Shown here: piece after piece, positions 29,663 to 39,490 of the stretch
How positions within the stretch are numbered: the stretch's first letter is position 1
How the letters are laid out: each line of letters opens with the position of its first letter
Translations under genes and position numbers: made by a program
Assembly (NCBI GenBank): GCA_017857595.1
Contig: JAFMCU010000001.1
Coordinates: forward strand, 74,497-138,496
Length of the DNA: 64,000 nt
Reading direction: 5' to 3'
Origin: Thermoprotei archaeon
Lineage (GTDB): Archaea > Thermoproteota > Thermoprotei > Gearchaeales > Gearchaeaceae
Notes under the pieces: model-generated
Seen by the model: only the letters and a program-made list of their open reading frames with translations
Database searches by the model: none
Told to the model about the DNA's origin: nothing

Positions 29663-30848
29663 TGAGTTTTACTTCTTCCATTATTTTTTCAACATAGAAT
29701 TTAACTTTATTAATAACTTCCGGGTTTTCATTCCTATACCTTAATTTCAGATACTCATCCAAAGCTTCCTTAAAATTCCACTTCGTATTTATATTAATTT
29801 CTTCGAGGCTTTCCTCCTCTTTTATTTCCTCCAACTTAAAAGCTAATACCTTTTTTTTATCGTATAGGTACTTTTCGATTTGATTCATAGAAATGTTTCT
29901 TATTATATCTGATCCTTTGATTCTGATTCTTAGCAAGCTTCCTTCTTCTACGTTATATTTTTCTAGAATATTTTGAAGTGTTGCATTTATGTTTAGATTA
30001 TTAACTAGTTCTTCTTTTTTTATGTAGATAGTTTTCATAGGTCTAAGTTTTAATTTTACATTCGTAACGTGAATTTTATCTCCTAATACAATTTCTAAGA
30101 ATGACTTTTCTTCACCTTCTTCCCCAAAATCTATCCTTTCAATAGAACCTGAGTAAAAAATTTTGTTTCCAACTTTTTGTGGTGTATGAAGGTGTCCAAG
30201 ACATGTAATATGCACATTTTCTCTTTCAAACACAGATTTAGGAAGAGGATAATCCCTTAAAGAAGCAATTCTTTGTTCAGAACCTATTTTTCCACCTTCA
30301 ACGTATATATGTCCAACAATAACATTGTAATCGGCTTCATCATTTTGTAGTAACTCGTTTATTTTATTTTCAACCTTGAAAACATAATCTGAGTAACTTA
30401 ATGTAGATTGAAAATGCGGATAAGGAATTCCTATAAACTTAACCTTTTCATTTGAATTCTTTGCTCTAAGCAAAATTTTAGATGCCACATCGAATAGGTA
30501 GAAATTCTTTAAATTTACGTTGACAAATCCTCTTAGATAGCTCAACATTTCGCTTGTTTTTGTTGTATCATGATTTCCTAATACTGCAATGATTGGTATT
30601 TCTTCTTTTAGTATTTCTCCAATTATTTGAGAAAATGCATTAAAAGCTTGTGAAGAAGGTCTTGGATGATGAAATATATCTCCAGCTAATATCAGAAAAT
30701 CTGCATTTGAACTTATGGCAAAATCTTTAATGCTTTTAAGATTTTCAACGAAATCATTAAATCTTTGTTGAACGATTTGTGGAGTTTCATACAAGTCGCT
30801 TAAACCAATTCCAAGATGCAAATCAGCTGTATGAATTAATTTAATCAT
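29652..30848 (-). CDS. mre11: DNA double-strand break repair nuclease Mre11
   Basis: HTADLHLG, AGDIFH, LGNHD, VGHIYVEG and LGHLH phosphoesterase motifs. The 11-nt overlap with rad50 indicates an operon. Confidence 0.9.
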   Translation of the reverse strand: MIKLIHTADLHLGIGLSDLYETPQIVQQRFNDFVENLKSIKDFAISSNADFLILAGDIFHHPRPSSQAFNAFSQIIGEILKEEIPIIAVLGNHDTTKTSEMLSYLRGFVNVNLKNFYLFDVASKILLRAKNSNEKVKFIGIPYPHFQSTLSYSDYVFKVENKINELLQNDEADYNVIVGHIYVEGGKIGSEQRIASLRDYPLPKSVFERENVHITCLGHLHTPQKVGNKIFYSGSIERIDFGEEGEEKSFLEIVLGDKIHVTNVKLKLRPMKTIYIKKEELVNNLNINATLQNILEKYNVEEGSLLRIRIKGSDIIRNISMNQIEKYLYDKKKVLAFKLEEIKEEESLEEININTKWNFKEALDEYLKLRYRNENPEVINKVKFYVEKIMEEVKLNEN

Positions 30849-30885
30849 TTATTCTTTAAGTTTTGTTACTAAATTTAAGCTTAAT

Positions 30886-32352
30886 TCAAATTAGATTATA
30901 TTTTTCAAATAGATATTCAACTAAGTATTCAGCATTGTATGTTTCATTAAAGCTTCTTTTTAGTAAATCTTTAGGTGCGTAGATTGCGCCATATTTATGT
31001 ATCTTATCTTTTAAAAATTCTTTTATCGATTCTAAATCTCCGCTTTGTACTTTGTTTTTTAAGTTTTTAAAAGATTTCCATATGATTCCAGCTATAACAT
31101 TTCCTAATGTATAAGTAGGGAAATAACCAAACCATCCCTTTGACCAATGCATATCTTGTAGAAATCCATCAGCATATCCTTTAGGCCTTATTTTCAAGTA
31201 TTTTTCCATTAATTCGTTCCATAGCGAAGGTATTTCATCCATTTCAATCTCATCATTAATAATTCTTTTCTCTATTTCAAATCTTAAAGCAATATGAAAA
31301 TTATAAGTTAATTCATCCGCATCCACTCTTATTAGACTTGGCTTTACCAAATTAAAATAAATGTAGAAATCGCTTATAGTATAATTTTTTTCAAATCTCA
31401 AATTTTTAAGAATATGATATATTAATTCAACAAATTCTTTGCTTCTACCTATTATATTCTCCCAAAATCTTGACTGCGATTCGTGAATGCCTGAAGAAGC
31501 ACCAATACCAACAGGTGTACCTTCTAAATTTTTATCAATATTTAAATTATATATTGCATGACCACATTCATGAATAGTTGAATATAAAGAACGTTTAAAA
31601 TCTATTCCTTCATATCTTGTAGTTATTCTTACGTCATCTACTGATATTCCAATAGTAAAAGGATGTGTTGATATATCCATTCTGAATCTATCAAATGGCA
31701 TGTTCAATAGCTTCAGAACTTCTTCGTTTACTTTTTTCATTTCATCTTCGTTGTATTTAAGATGTTCCAATTCATGAGAGGAAGGTAAGTCCTTCTCAAG
31801 TAAAATAGGCAATTTATGTGTTATTACATTAAATATAGAATTCATATCTTCAACATTCAAACCCTCTTCATATAGGTCCAATAACGCATTATAAGGATGC
31901 TTTTCATAACCCAATTTTTCTGCGATAATTTTATTAATTTCTATGATCCTTTGTAGATACGGTTTAAAGCTATTAAATTCGTCTTTTTTCCTATCAATCC
32001 TCCAATAAATAGTACCTTCAGAAGTTACTTTATTTAATTTTACTATTATTTCCTCAGGGACTTTTTTATAGAATCTTATTTCTCTGTTTAAAACTCTTAT
32101 TATCCCCTTTTCCAAATCATCTAAATTCTCTATCTTTTCAGCTTCTTCTACGAAACTTGCTAAACTAAGGATTTCTTGCTTTTGAATTAAATCTAGATGT
32201 GCAAAAACTTCTCCTCTTGCATTTGCACCTTTAGGAGGCATATAAGTTTCAATATCCCAACCTAGTAAACCTGAAGCATATTTTAAGGCCCATATTCGTT
32301 TGTATTTTTTTAAAATTTCCTCGACCAATTTGTTCATATGATAATTTAACAT
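30886..32352 (-). CDS. M32 carboxypeptidase (carboxypeptidase Taq family)
   Basis: HECGHAIY (HExxH), STHPFT, HESQSRFWEN and IRVDADELTYNFHI. Confidence 0.9.
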   Translation of the reverse strand: MLNYHMNKLVEEILKKYKRIWALKYASGLLGWDIETYMPPKGANARGEVFAHLDLIQKQEILSLASFVEEAEKIENLDDLEKGIIRVLNREIRFYKKVPEEIIVKLNKVTSEGTIYWRIDRKKDEFNSFKPYLQRIIEINKIIAEKLGYEKHPYNALLDLYEEGLNVEDMNSIFNVITHKLPILLEKDLPSSHELEHLKYNEDEMKKVNEEVLKLLNMPFDRFRMDISTHPFTIGISVDDVRITTRYEGIDFKRSLYSTIHECGHAIYNLNIDKNLEGTPVGIGASSGIHESQSRFWENIIGRSKEFVELIYHILKNLRFEKNYTISDFYIYFNLVKPSLIRVDADELTYNFHIALRFEIEKRIINDEIEMDEIPSLWNELMEKYLKIRPKGYADGFLQDMHWSKGWFGYFPTYTLGNVIAGIIWKSFKNLKNKVQSGDLESIKEFLKDKIHKYGAIYAPKDLLKRSFNETYNAEYLVEYLFEKYNLI

Positions 32353-32501
32353 GCTTTATTAAAATAAGTTATTTATTGAAAAGAGTCCCAAAATTTTAGT
32401 TCAATCACTTGTATATTTTTCATAATTAATATAATATTCTCAATATTTTTTCTATAAAATTTATTCAATATGTTCATTATATCAAAGGATAATTCTTTTT
32501 T

Positions 32502-32936
32502 CTAAAAAATGTAATTTTTTTGATTGAATTTGTACATTATTTTGCTAATATTTTCCGAATGCAATGGAAAGTTTATTAAAATTAAAATAGAAATTAAAAG
32601 AATATCTTTGGAATTGAAAATACTTTTAATTGCTTCAATTAAATCTTTAGTCTCTTTTTTTATTTCTGCATTATGTTCTTGATTTATCTTATTCACAATT
32701 TCCAACTTATTTTTTTCAAGTACAATTGTTCTATTGAATGAATTATCAGATATAATCAATTTTTCCAAATTATTTACTTTTTCTTTTTGTAATATACATT
32801 CCTGTCTAATTACTTTAAGAGCCAACTGTTCATCGCATGAGACGATTCTTCTTATTGTATTATTTGTTAAAATGCTATAATTAATTTCTACTAATTCATG
32901 CTTTATTTTCTCTATGCATTCGAGTGGATGGAACAA
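32502..32936 (-). CDS. Hypothetical protein (coiled coil plus a C-terminal hydrophobic segment)
   Basis: ORF only, 144 aa. No motif recognised. It is flanked by 137-149 nt AT-rich gaps. Confidence 0.35.
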   Translation of the reverse strand: MFHPLECIEKIKHELVEINYSILTNNTIRRIVSCDEQLALKVIRQECILQKEKVNNLEKLIISDNSFNRTIVLEKNKLEIVNKINQEHNAEIKKETKDLIEAIKSIFNSKDILLISILILINFPLHSENISKIMYKFNQKNYIF

Positions 32937-33073
32937 TTTTCTCTATTAAAATTATTAAAAATTTATCTAATTTCTTTTTCAACAATTCATTATAGAATAA
33001 AAAATTTGGCTAAGATTTTTCAGAGATATTAATAAAGAAACTTATAAGTTAAAAATAACATATCATAAAGATA

Positions 33074-33412
33074 ATGGAATTTGCAATGATTTCACTTTCG
33101 AAAGCAAAAAATGATGTAAAAATGATATTGGAAAAAATAGGGGTTAAAGTAACAGAAGTAGCATTATGCACAGCAAATGTAGTTTATAGAAAAAATACTT
33201 TAGCATATATCTATAAGCATGAATATCAAAGTGTTGAATCAGCTCTCACAAAATTTGTAGAAGAAGAATCTAAGAATGAAACGATAGAAGAATTTTACCT
33301 TTGGTCTGAATATGAGGGAGGAAACAGATATTTAAATATAGGATATTTTTTGAAGCCTAAGAATGGAATAACTAAATTGGTAACTTTTTCTGTACTTGTT
33401 CCTACGGTTTAG
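33074..33412 (+). CDS. Hypothetical protein
   Basis: ORF only, 112 aa. No motif recognised. Confidence 0.35.
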   Translation: MEFAMISLSKAKNDVKMILEKIGVKVTEVALCTANVVYRKNTLAYIYKHEYQSVESALTKFVEEESKNETIEEFYLWSEYEGGNRYLNIGYFLKPKNGITKLVTFSVLVPTV

Positions 33413-33446
33413 TTAAGGATAATTTATTAAAAAAATATTGAATCAT

Positions 33447-34208
33447 ATGGTATTTAGAATTTTGCATGTATCAGATACGCACATAAGTGATTTTGGTCAA
33501 TTTAACGAAAAAATGTATTATAAGTTTCTAGAAAGTATAGATAAATTAAGTTACAAGCCAGATTTAGTCATACATACAGGTGATGTCGTTGATAATGGAA
33601 CGCTGAGTGAGTATACATTAGCAAAAGATCTTATAAATCAGCTCAATTATAAGAAACTGTTGACAACAGGCAACCACGATGAAAGAAATTATGGCGGTAC
33701 ATTGTTTAATGAATTCTTTGGAAATAGTGAAATTGAATATGAGGTAGGTAAATTTAAAATCTTTATTCTAAGTAGCTCAATTCCAGATAGAGATGAAGGC
33801 AGGTTAGGGAGGAGAAGGCAGTCCTATTTGCAATCTAGATTTTTGGAAATAGGAGATAAGTATTTTAAAATAGTTGTTTTTCACCACCATTTAATACCAG
33901 TACCATATTCAGGGAGAGAAGTGAATGTGCTAGAAGATGCAGGTGATGTGCTACATATGATATTGAAAAACAATGTAAATATGGTATTAATGGGGCATAG
34001 GCATATTCATTATTCATTAAGAATAAATAATACAATTCTTGCATACGCAGGTACTGTTTCTTCAAGAAGAACCAGAGGTCATTTTGGAAATTCGTATAAT
34101 CTCATAGAGATCGATGATGATCGAGTCCATATAGAAGAAATTAAAATAGAAGGCGGTGTTGGTATGAAATATAGCTATAAAATAAAGCCTATTTATGATA
34201 AAGATTAA
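33447..34208 (+). CDS. Calcineurin-like metallophosphoesterase (CpdA-like)
   Basis: ILHVSDTHISDFG, HTGDVVDNG, TGNHDERN, FHHHLIPVP and GHRH. I use ATG 33447 (MVFRILHV...) rather than the upstream TTG 33438. The 3' end overlaps the convergent HerA-like gene by 4 nt. Confidence 0.8.
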   Translation: MVFRILHVSDTHISDFGQFNEKMYYKFLESIDKLSYKPDLVIHTGDVVDNGTLSEYTLAKDLINQLNYKKLLTTGNHDERNYGGTLFNEFFGNSEIEYEVGKFKIFILSSSIPDRDEGRLGRRRQSYLQSRFLEIGDKYFKIVVFHHHLIPVPYSGREVNVLEDAGDVLHMILKNNVNMVLMGHRHIHYSLRINNTILAYAGTVSSRRTRGHFGNSYNLIEIDDDRVHIEEIKIEGGVGMKYSYKIKPIYDKD

Positions 34209-35938
34209 AAACCTGGTAATTCTGTTTTTTCTATTGTTGAATTGTAAATTTTTTTCATTTCTTCGATAAATTTTTTATATTCAATTACTCTAACGACAAC
34301 AGGAATTTTTACTGCTTCGCCAAATATTAATACTTCTTGCCTTTTTAAGTAAGATATCACAGGCTTAAATAAATCAGCTTTTTTAAGACCTAAAGTTACA
34401 CTTGCTATATCTTTATCATCTGTCAGAGTTAGTACGAAATTGTTCCATAGCATTGATATTACATCTTTAGATAATTGGGATGGAGTTTGATCAACTATGC
34501 ATAGAAAAACACCTCTTTTTCTTAGTTCTCTTGTAATGTTGCCAAATGGAGTTTTATAATAAAGAACCGGTGAAAGAAACTTATGAGCTTCCTCAATCAT
34601 AATGAGTATTTTATATTTCAATTCAATTCTATTCATTATCCTATCAATAATCGCTCTCCATAATCTTTTAGATACTAAGTTTGCAATGATTATATTTGCT
34701 TTAGAGTCATCACCAAACCTTCCAAAACTTATTATAACGCTTCTGTTACCATCGAGTATTTCGTGAACGATTTCTCTAATTGAATCTTTCTCAGGCAAGT
34801 ATTCAATGAAATCATAAGTAACAACACTCGTAATTTTGGCTTTTCCAGCTTTTAAAGCGCTTAAAGCACCTATACCTAATTCCTTTGAAATCTTATCTTT
34901 TATTTCATCTTCAATATTTTTTACTATGTTATCATGGGTATCAAAATATCCAGAAAGATACAATATCCAAGCTTTATGCTTTTTATCCTTTAATTCAGGG
35001 AAATGATTCATTTTCTCAATGTGCTTTTCAATGACTTGATTAATGATTCTCTTAAATTCATAAAGATAAGCAATAAAGCTTTCAGATAGATCTAATTCCT
35101 CTTTTAATGATATCAAATCTTGTTCATCGAGGTCTGTAATACTTACCTTAAGTTCTTCAAGTATATGTTCTTTTGCTAATATTTTGTCTGCAGAATATCT
35201 AATGAATTCGTTCTTAAAAGCAAGCCCTACTCCATCTGCAAAATCTTCTCCTGTCATATCCTTAACTCGAAGTCCATATTCACTATGCATATCAAAGATA
35301 ATTAATTTCGTTTGTTTATCAGAAGTTCGAAGCTTATTAGAAAGCACGATAAAACTACTTAATATATTTCCCAGTATTGTTTTTCCTGTTCCAGTTTTTC
35401 CAAAAATTCCAAAAGAGCCTCTAAGTAATATGTCAACATTAATAGGTACCACTGTATCTATTGTCTCATTTTTTAATGGACTTTTGGGATAACCTATTCC
35501 CCAAAGTTTTAAATTATCCGGTATACCGTAAAAATGCTTTATCTCATCACTGGCTGGTGTTAAAATTGATGATAGATAAGAAGGTATTGTATCCACATCT
35601 TCCACTTCTCCGTTATTTGATTGAGCCAATGGAATTATCAAAGCATTTGTTTGCATTCTACCTAGCCTTGCTAAGTTATCTTTAGTTTTCGTCATCAATT
35701 TCTGTTTTATTTCTTCATTTTGTGACCTTGTGTAGTATTTTAAAGCAGAAATCGATTCTGATGATCCCGAGGATAACTTAAGGTCAGCGATAAGACCTAA
35801 GTAATCTCTTCTATTTCCTTTAATAATTACTAAAGAATTTACGCAAATATCTTCTGTTAAATTATAATCATTTATTTGTCCAGCTACACCTTCATTATAT
35901 TCTGCAGAAATTACACTTGCGATTTCTTTCTTTACCAT
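34205..35938 (-). CDS. HerA/FtsK-superfamily ATPase (HerA-like, DUF87-type)
   Basis: The N-terminal ~60 aa looks beta-barrel (HAS-like). Walker A FGIFGKTGTGKT, LIIFDMHSEYG (HerA-type D.HGEY) and ILIMIEEAHKFL (Walker B/sensor region). 577 aa. Confidence 0.75.
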   Translation of the reverse strand: MVKKEIASVISAEYNEGVAGQINDYNLTEDICVNSLVIIKGNRRDYLGLIADLKLSSGSSESISALKYYTRSQNEEIKQKLMTKTKDNLARLGRMQTNALIIPLAQSNNGEVEDVDTIPSYLSSILTPASDEIKHFYGIPDNLKLWGIGYPKSPLKNETIDTVVPINVDILLRGSFGIFGKTGTGKTILGNILSSFIVLSNKLRTSDKQTKLIIFDMHSEYGLRVKDMTGEDFADGVGLAFKNEFIRYSADKILAKEHILEELKVSITDLDEQDLISLKEELDLSESFIAYLYEFKRIINQVIEKHIEKMNHFPELKDKKHKAWILYLSGYFDTHDNIVKNIEDEIKDKISKELGIGALSALKAGKAKITSVVTYDFIEYLPEKDSIREIVHEILDGNRSVIISFGRFGDDSKANIIIANLVSKRLWRAIIDRIMNRIELKYKILIMIEEAHKFLSPVLYYKTPFGNITRELRKRGVFLCIVDQTPSQLSKDVISMLWNNFVLTLTDDKDIASVTLGLKKADLFKPVISYLKRQEVLIFGEAVKIPVVVRVIEYKKFIEEMKKIYNSTIEKTELPGF

Positions 35939-35955
35939 CGCTTAATTTTTACAAA

Positions 35956-36627
35956 TCAAGATATAGTCTTCTTAGTTAATATTTCTTCAAAAATACTGTT
36001 GATCATATCCACATCGATTAATTTTTCAAGTTTTGTTGCAGTTAAGCTTTCGTGGATTGATCCGAATAATTCGTATATTTCATCCTCTTTAAAGAAATTC
36101 GACAAATACTGCAAATAGGCTTTTAAATATAAGTTGAATATGTTCTTTTCGTTTTCTGGGAAATAAGTGTAAATGAGGGGTATGTATTCTAAGCTTATTT
36201 TGTTTTCAATAAAATGAAATTCTCTTATTAATTCATTATCGGGTAAGTAAACTAAGTCATGAATCCATGGAATCCTCCTAGGTCTTTCTTGGTAAAATTT
36301 CTCTTTATAATAATATCCAATTGTAATTAATTTTGCTAATATTACAAGCTTATCTTTAAGCTCTTTGTAATGCAAATTTAATTCTTCCCTCGATCTTTTC
36401 AAAGGTTTTGGCATACTTCCAGCTAAAGATGACTCAGGCTCCATGCTTACGTAACTTACTAATCCAAAAATAATCGTCTCACCTGAATTTGAACATAATA
36501 TCGTAGCATATTCTGGAGCCTTCTCCAATTCATAAGCTCTTATAGTAAAATCGGAGCTAGATGAAGCTATTATTTCACCTATTAGCTTACTATTATCCTT
36601 TTTTATTTCTTCAATCCAATTTTTCAT
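35956..36627 (-). CDS. Hypothetical protein encoded between the NurA-like and HerA-like genes
   Basis: 223 aa. The ATGA start overlaps the stop of the upstream NurA-like gene, and the gap to the HerA-like start is 17 nt. The N-terminal IGEIIASSSSDFTIRAYE...ETIIFGLVSYVSME loosely resembles a small barrel domain. No family recognised. Confidence 0.5.
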   Translation of the reverse strand: MKNWIEEIKKDNSKLIGEIIASSSSDFTIRAYELEKAPEYATILCSNSGETIIFGLVSYVSMEPESSLAGSMPKPLKRSREELNLHYKELKDKLVILAKLITIGYYYKEKFYQERPRRIPWIHDLVYLPDNELIREFHFIENKISLEYIPLIYTYFPENEKNIFNLYLKAYLQYLSNFFKEDEIYELFGSIHESLTATKLEKLIDVDMINSIFEEILTKKTIS

Positions 36628-37757
36628 ATTATTTTAATTAATTTTCTTTCTTGCTTTTTAGTGAATCCAAATTGACTAAGCTTTATCCCTTCTTTAATCA
36701 GCTTTTCCTCTATTAGCTCAAATATAAATTCCCTCTCTTTTTCATTAATATAAGCTAGTTCGTGTGCTCTCTGCATGCATATTGGATAACCTCCACCCAT
36801 AATACTTTGAAGAAATACCACATGTTGTATTTCATTTACCTTATCTTTCAATCTTTCTTCAAATTCTATCCTTAAAACATTATTATCAGAAATTTTTAGA
36901 TAAAAAGCGTACATGTTTAAATCAGCTATTTTAGTAGTTAAATTATGAACTTTAAAAATGCAGCTTCTTTCCCCAGGTAATAGTATTTCATTAAAAATTT
37001 GCTTATCATTAAGTTGTATTTGTTCCATATTGTAGAAAAATTTTAAGAAATTTACGAATCCCCTGCTCAAAGAATAAATAATCCCTATAGGTTTTGCGTT
37101 CTTTTTTATTAAATAGCCTATGTTATGCTTAATTTTTTCCATAATAGCTCTTATGATATCTTTGTTCGATGATTTTAGGTAATTTGAGGAAAAGCTTTCA
37201 TCAAACATTATATAACTTTCTTCTAAAGATTTTTCATTATCAATTTGTTCTAGCACTAAAAGTTCATTTTCAAGCCTCAAAATACTTATTTTTAAAGGAA
37301 TACTTCTATCATCATCTATTTCATCGAAATGATATTTTGTAAAGAATTTTGGTATTGAATATTCAATGTAATCATTGTTCTTGTAATCATAATAAAATAA
37401 TCCGATATTCATTAAAATAAAAACTGGAAAATAATGCGTGGTAAACATTTCACTAGTATCGATTGCAATAGTTTTAAAAGATTTTAATTTTTCATAAGCC
37501 CATTTATTTTCCTTAATATCATCTACTGGACCTTGAACCAAATCATCTATGCTATTTATTAAAGAATTTTCAAAAGGCTGCAATATTTCAAGATTCTGAC
37601 CAAATTTATCCGGATTAAAATTCTTACACAAATCTAAATCTAGATTATTTACAATTTTTATGAATTCTTTCAATTGTTTATTTTCTTCTTGCAGCTTTTT
37701 ATTATAATCAGTAAGACTTGCATTAATTAAGTTGATACATTTGTTAAGATCTAGCAT
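36624..37757 (-). CDS. NurA-like nuclease
   Basis: IAIDTSE, IMFDESFSSNYL and GGGYPICMQRAHELAYI match the Asp / Asp / His catalytic-residue pattern and order of NurA domains. 377 aa. Confidence 0.55.
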   Translation of the reverse strand: MLDLNKCINLINASLTDYNKKLQEENKQLKEFIKIVNNLDLDLCKNFNPDKFGQNLEILQPFENSLINSIDDLVQGPVDDIKENKWAYEKLKSFKTIAIDTSEMFTTHYFPVFILMNIGLFYYDYKNNDYIEYSIPKFFTKYHFDEIDDDRSIPLKISILRLENELLVLEQIDNEKSLEESYIMFDESFSSNYLKSSNKDIIRAIMEKIKHNIGYLIKKNAKPIGIIYSLSRGFVNFLKFFYNMEQIQLNDKQIFNEILLPGERSCIFKVHNLTTKIADLNMYAFYLKISDNNVLRIEFEERLKDKVNEIQHVVFLQSIMGGGYPICMQRAHELAYINEKEREFIFELIEEKLIKEGIKLSQFGFTKKQERKLIKII

Positions 37758-37796
37758 TAATTAGAATATAAAATATTTAGCTAAAAATCTCAATTT

Positions 37797-38351
37797 TTAA
37801 GTTTTTGCGTATGCACTTTTGAAAAAATTTAGTACGTCATTGGAAATTTCGTTAAAGACTTGTGGCCAATTTTCTTTTGTTACAGTGTATAATTTTTTTT
37901 CATTGGATTGTACTAACTCTAGCATGTTTAAGTGATTCCTATGTATTGTTGATAAGCAATTTTTATTGGATTTCAGGATTTTTCCTACAATGTTTCTAAA
38001 ACTTTGGCTAAACAATTCCATAGTACCTATTTCATCGATAACTATTAAGTCCGCATTATTGTAAGCTCGTTCAAGTGCCTGAACAGCAATTATTTCAATA
38101 TCTTCTAAGTTTACTGTATAGCTTCCTACTCTAGGACCTTGAACTTTTAATTTCTTGGAAGCCAATATACCCTTATTTTTTGTTTTTATATCTAAAATTT
38201 GAAAACCTGTCCTAGCACCGCCTTCTTTAATTTCCTTCGTAATTATACCATCAATATTAATACCTTCAAACCTTAATTTTTCTACGATTAAAGTTACAAG
38301 TGTTGTCTTACCAGAACCCGGTTGTCCTGTTATGAACCACTTCATTTTCAA
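37797..38351 (-). CDS. THEP1-type nucleoside-triphosphatase
   Basis: WFITGQPGSGKTTLV, GARTGFQILDIKT, RVGSYTVNLEDIE and LIVIDEIGTMELFS are typical of the NTPase THEP1 family. Confidence 0.8.
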   Translation of the reverse strand: MKMKWFITGQPGSGKTTLVTLIVEKLRFEGINIDGIITKEIKEGGARTGFQILDIKTKNKGILASKKLKVQGPRVGSYTVNLEDIEIIAVQALERAYNNADLIVIDEIGTMELFSQSFRNIVGKILKSNKNCLSTIHRNHLNMLELVQSNEKKLYTVTKENWPQVFNEISNDVLNFFKSAYAKT

Positions 38352-39490
38352 AATCTATTTTTCCGCATTTCCTTAGCCAGTTCTCCATCCCTCATGAATA
38401 AATGTATAATTTCTTTAGCTTCTTCCCTTTTTTCTTTATGTTTCTCTAAAAAAGATAATAATTTCTCGATCAATATTTCCTTTAATTCGCCTGATAAAAG
38501 CTTACCAGATTTATAATCTTCTTCTATTTTTTTAATCCTGTCATCATCATCTTCAAAAAAGCTATATAACCACTGAAAACTTACATCTATGTAAGGATTA
38601 CCTCCAAGTTTTCTGTGCAATTCAATCGTAGCCTGTCCACCAGAGAAAGCATATTTCATCACTTTTTCTTTTACTGTCTTTTCATCATCTGTTAAATAAA
38701 TCGCACTTCTTGGATTTGATGCACTCATTTTACCTTGCATTCCAGTTAATGGAGGCAAAAATTTACTCGAAATTTCCGCAGCTTTATAATATCCGAAATA
38801 TTCTGCTATATCTCTCTGGATTCTCCAATAAGGATCTTGATCAATTGCGGCAGGAATTAGGCATCGCTTATTTTCAAAAAAAGTAGGCACTATTTGAATT
38901 GCAGGATAGAATAGAATTCCTATATTACTACTTTCTTTGAATCCAAATACAGCCTTAACAACAGAGAAATTTATTTTTCTTGATATTTTTACTGCTAAGC
39001 TATAAATGTTTCCCATAAATTCTGTATCTTTAAAAATAAAGGTCTTATTAGGATCAAATCCCACAGCTATTATATCTAAGATATTTTCATAAGACCATTT
39101 TTGAACTTCTTCAAAACTTAATTCTCTTTCAAGATATTTTTCATCATCAGTAATTTGAATGTATAGATTTACATTGAATTTTTCTTGAAGCCATTTCGTA
39201 AAATAAAAAGGAATTAAATGACCAATATGCATTGGACCGCTAGGCCCTCTCCCAGTATATAAGAAAAATCCTTTCCCTTTTTCAAAATCATCAAGAACCA
39301 AATCTAAATCTCTATGTGCATAGAAAAATTTTCTTCTTAACATTACATTCAATTCTTTAGTATGATTTTTAATTCGATTTATTATATTATCATCTACAAA
39401 TTTAAGACCAAATTCTCTTACTAATTTTTCATAGTCTACTTTACCCTCAACTTCCCATGGTGTAACCTTGAAATCTTGCATCTTTATCAC
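38348..39490 (-). CDS. trpS: Tryptophan--tRNA ligase (archaeal/eukaryal type)
   Basis: YTGRGPSGPMHIGHLIPF (HIGH region) and KMSAS (KMSKS). 380 aa. The annotated start is GTG at 39490; ATG at 39481 is an alternative. Confidence 0.9.
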   Translation of the reverse strand: MIKMQDFKVTPWEVEGKVDYEKLVREFGLKFVDDNIINRIKNHTKELNVMLRRKFFYAHRDLDLVLDDFEKGKGFFLYTGRGPSGPMHIGHLIPFYFTKWLQEKFNVNLYIQITDDEKYLERELSFEEVQKWSYENILDIIAVGFDPNKTFIFKDTEFMGNIYSLAVKISRKINFSVVKAVFGFKESSNIGILFYPAIQIVPTFFENKRCLIPAAIDQDPYWRIQRDIAEYFGYYKAAEISSKFLPPLTGMQGKMSASNPRSAIYLTDDEKTVKEKVMKYAFSGGQATIELHRKLGGNPYIDVSFQWLYSFFEDDDDRIKKIEEDYKSGKLLSGELKEILIEKLLSFLEKHKEKREEAKEIIHLFMRDGELAKEMRKNRF

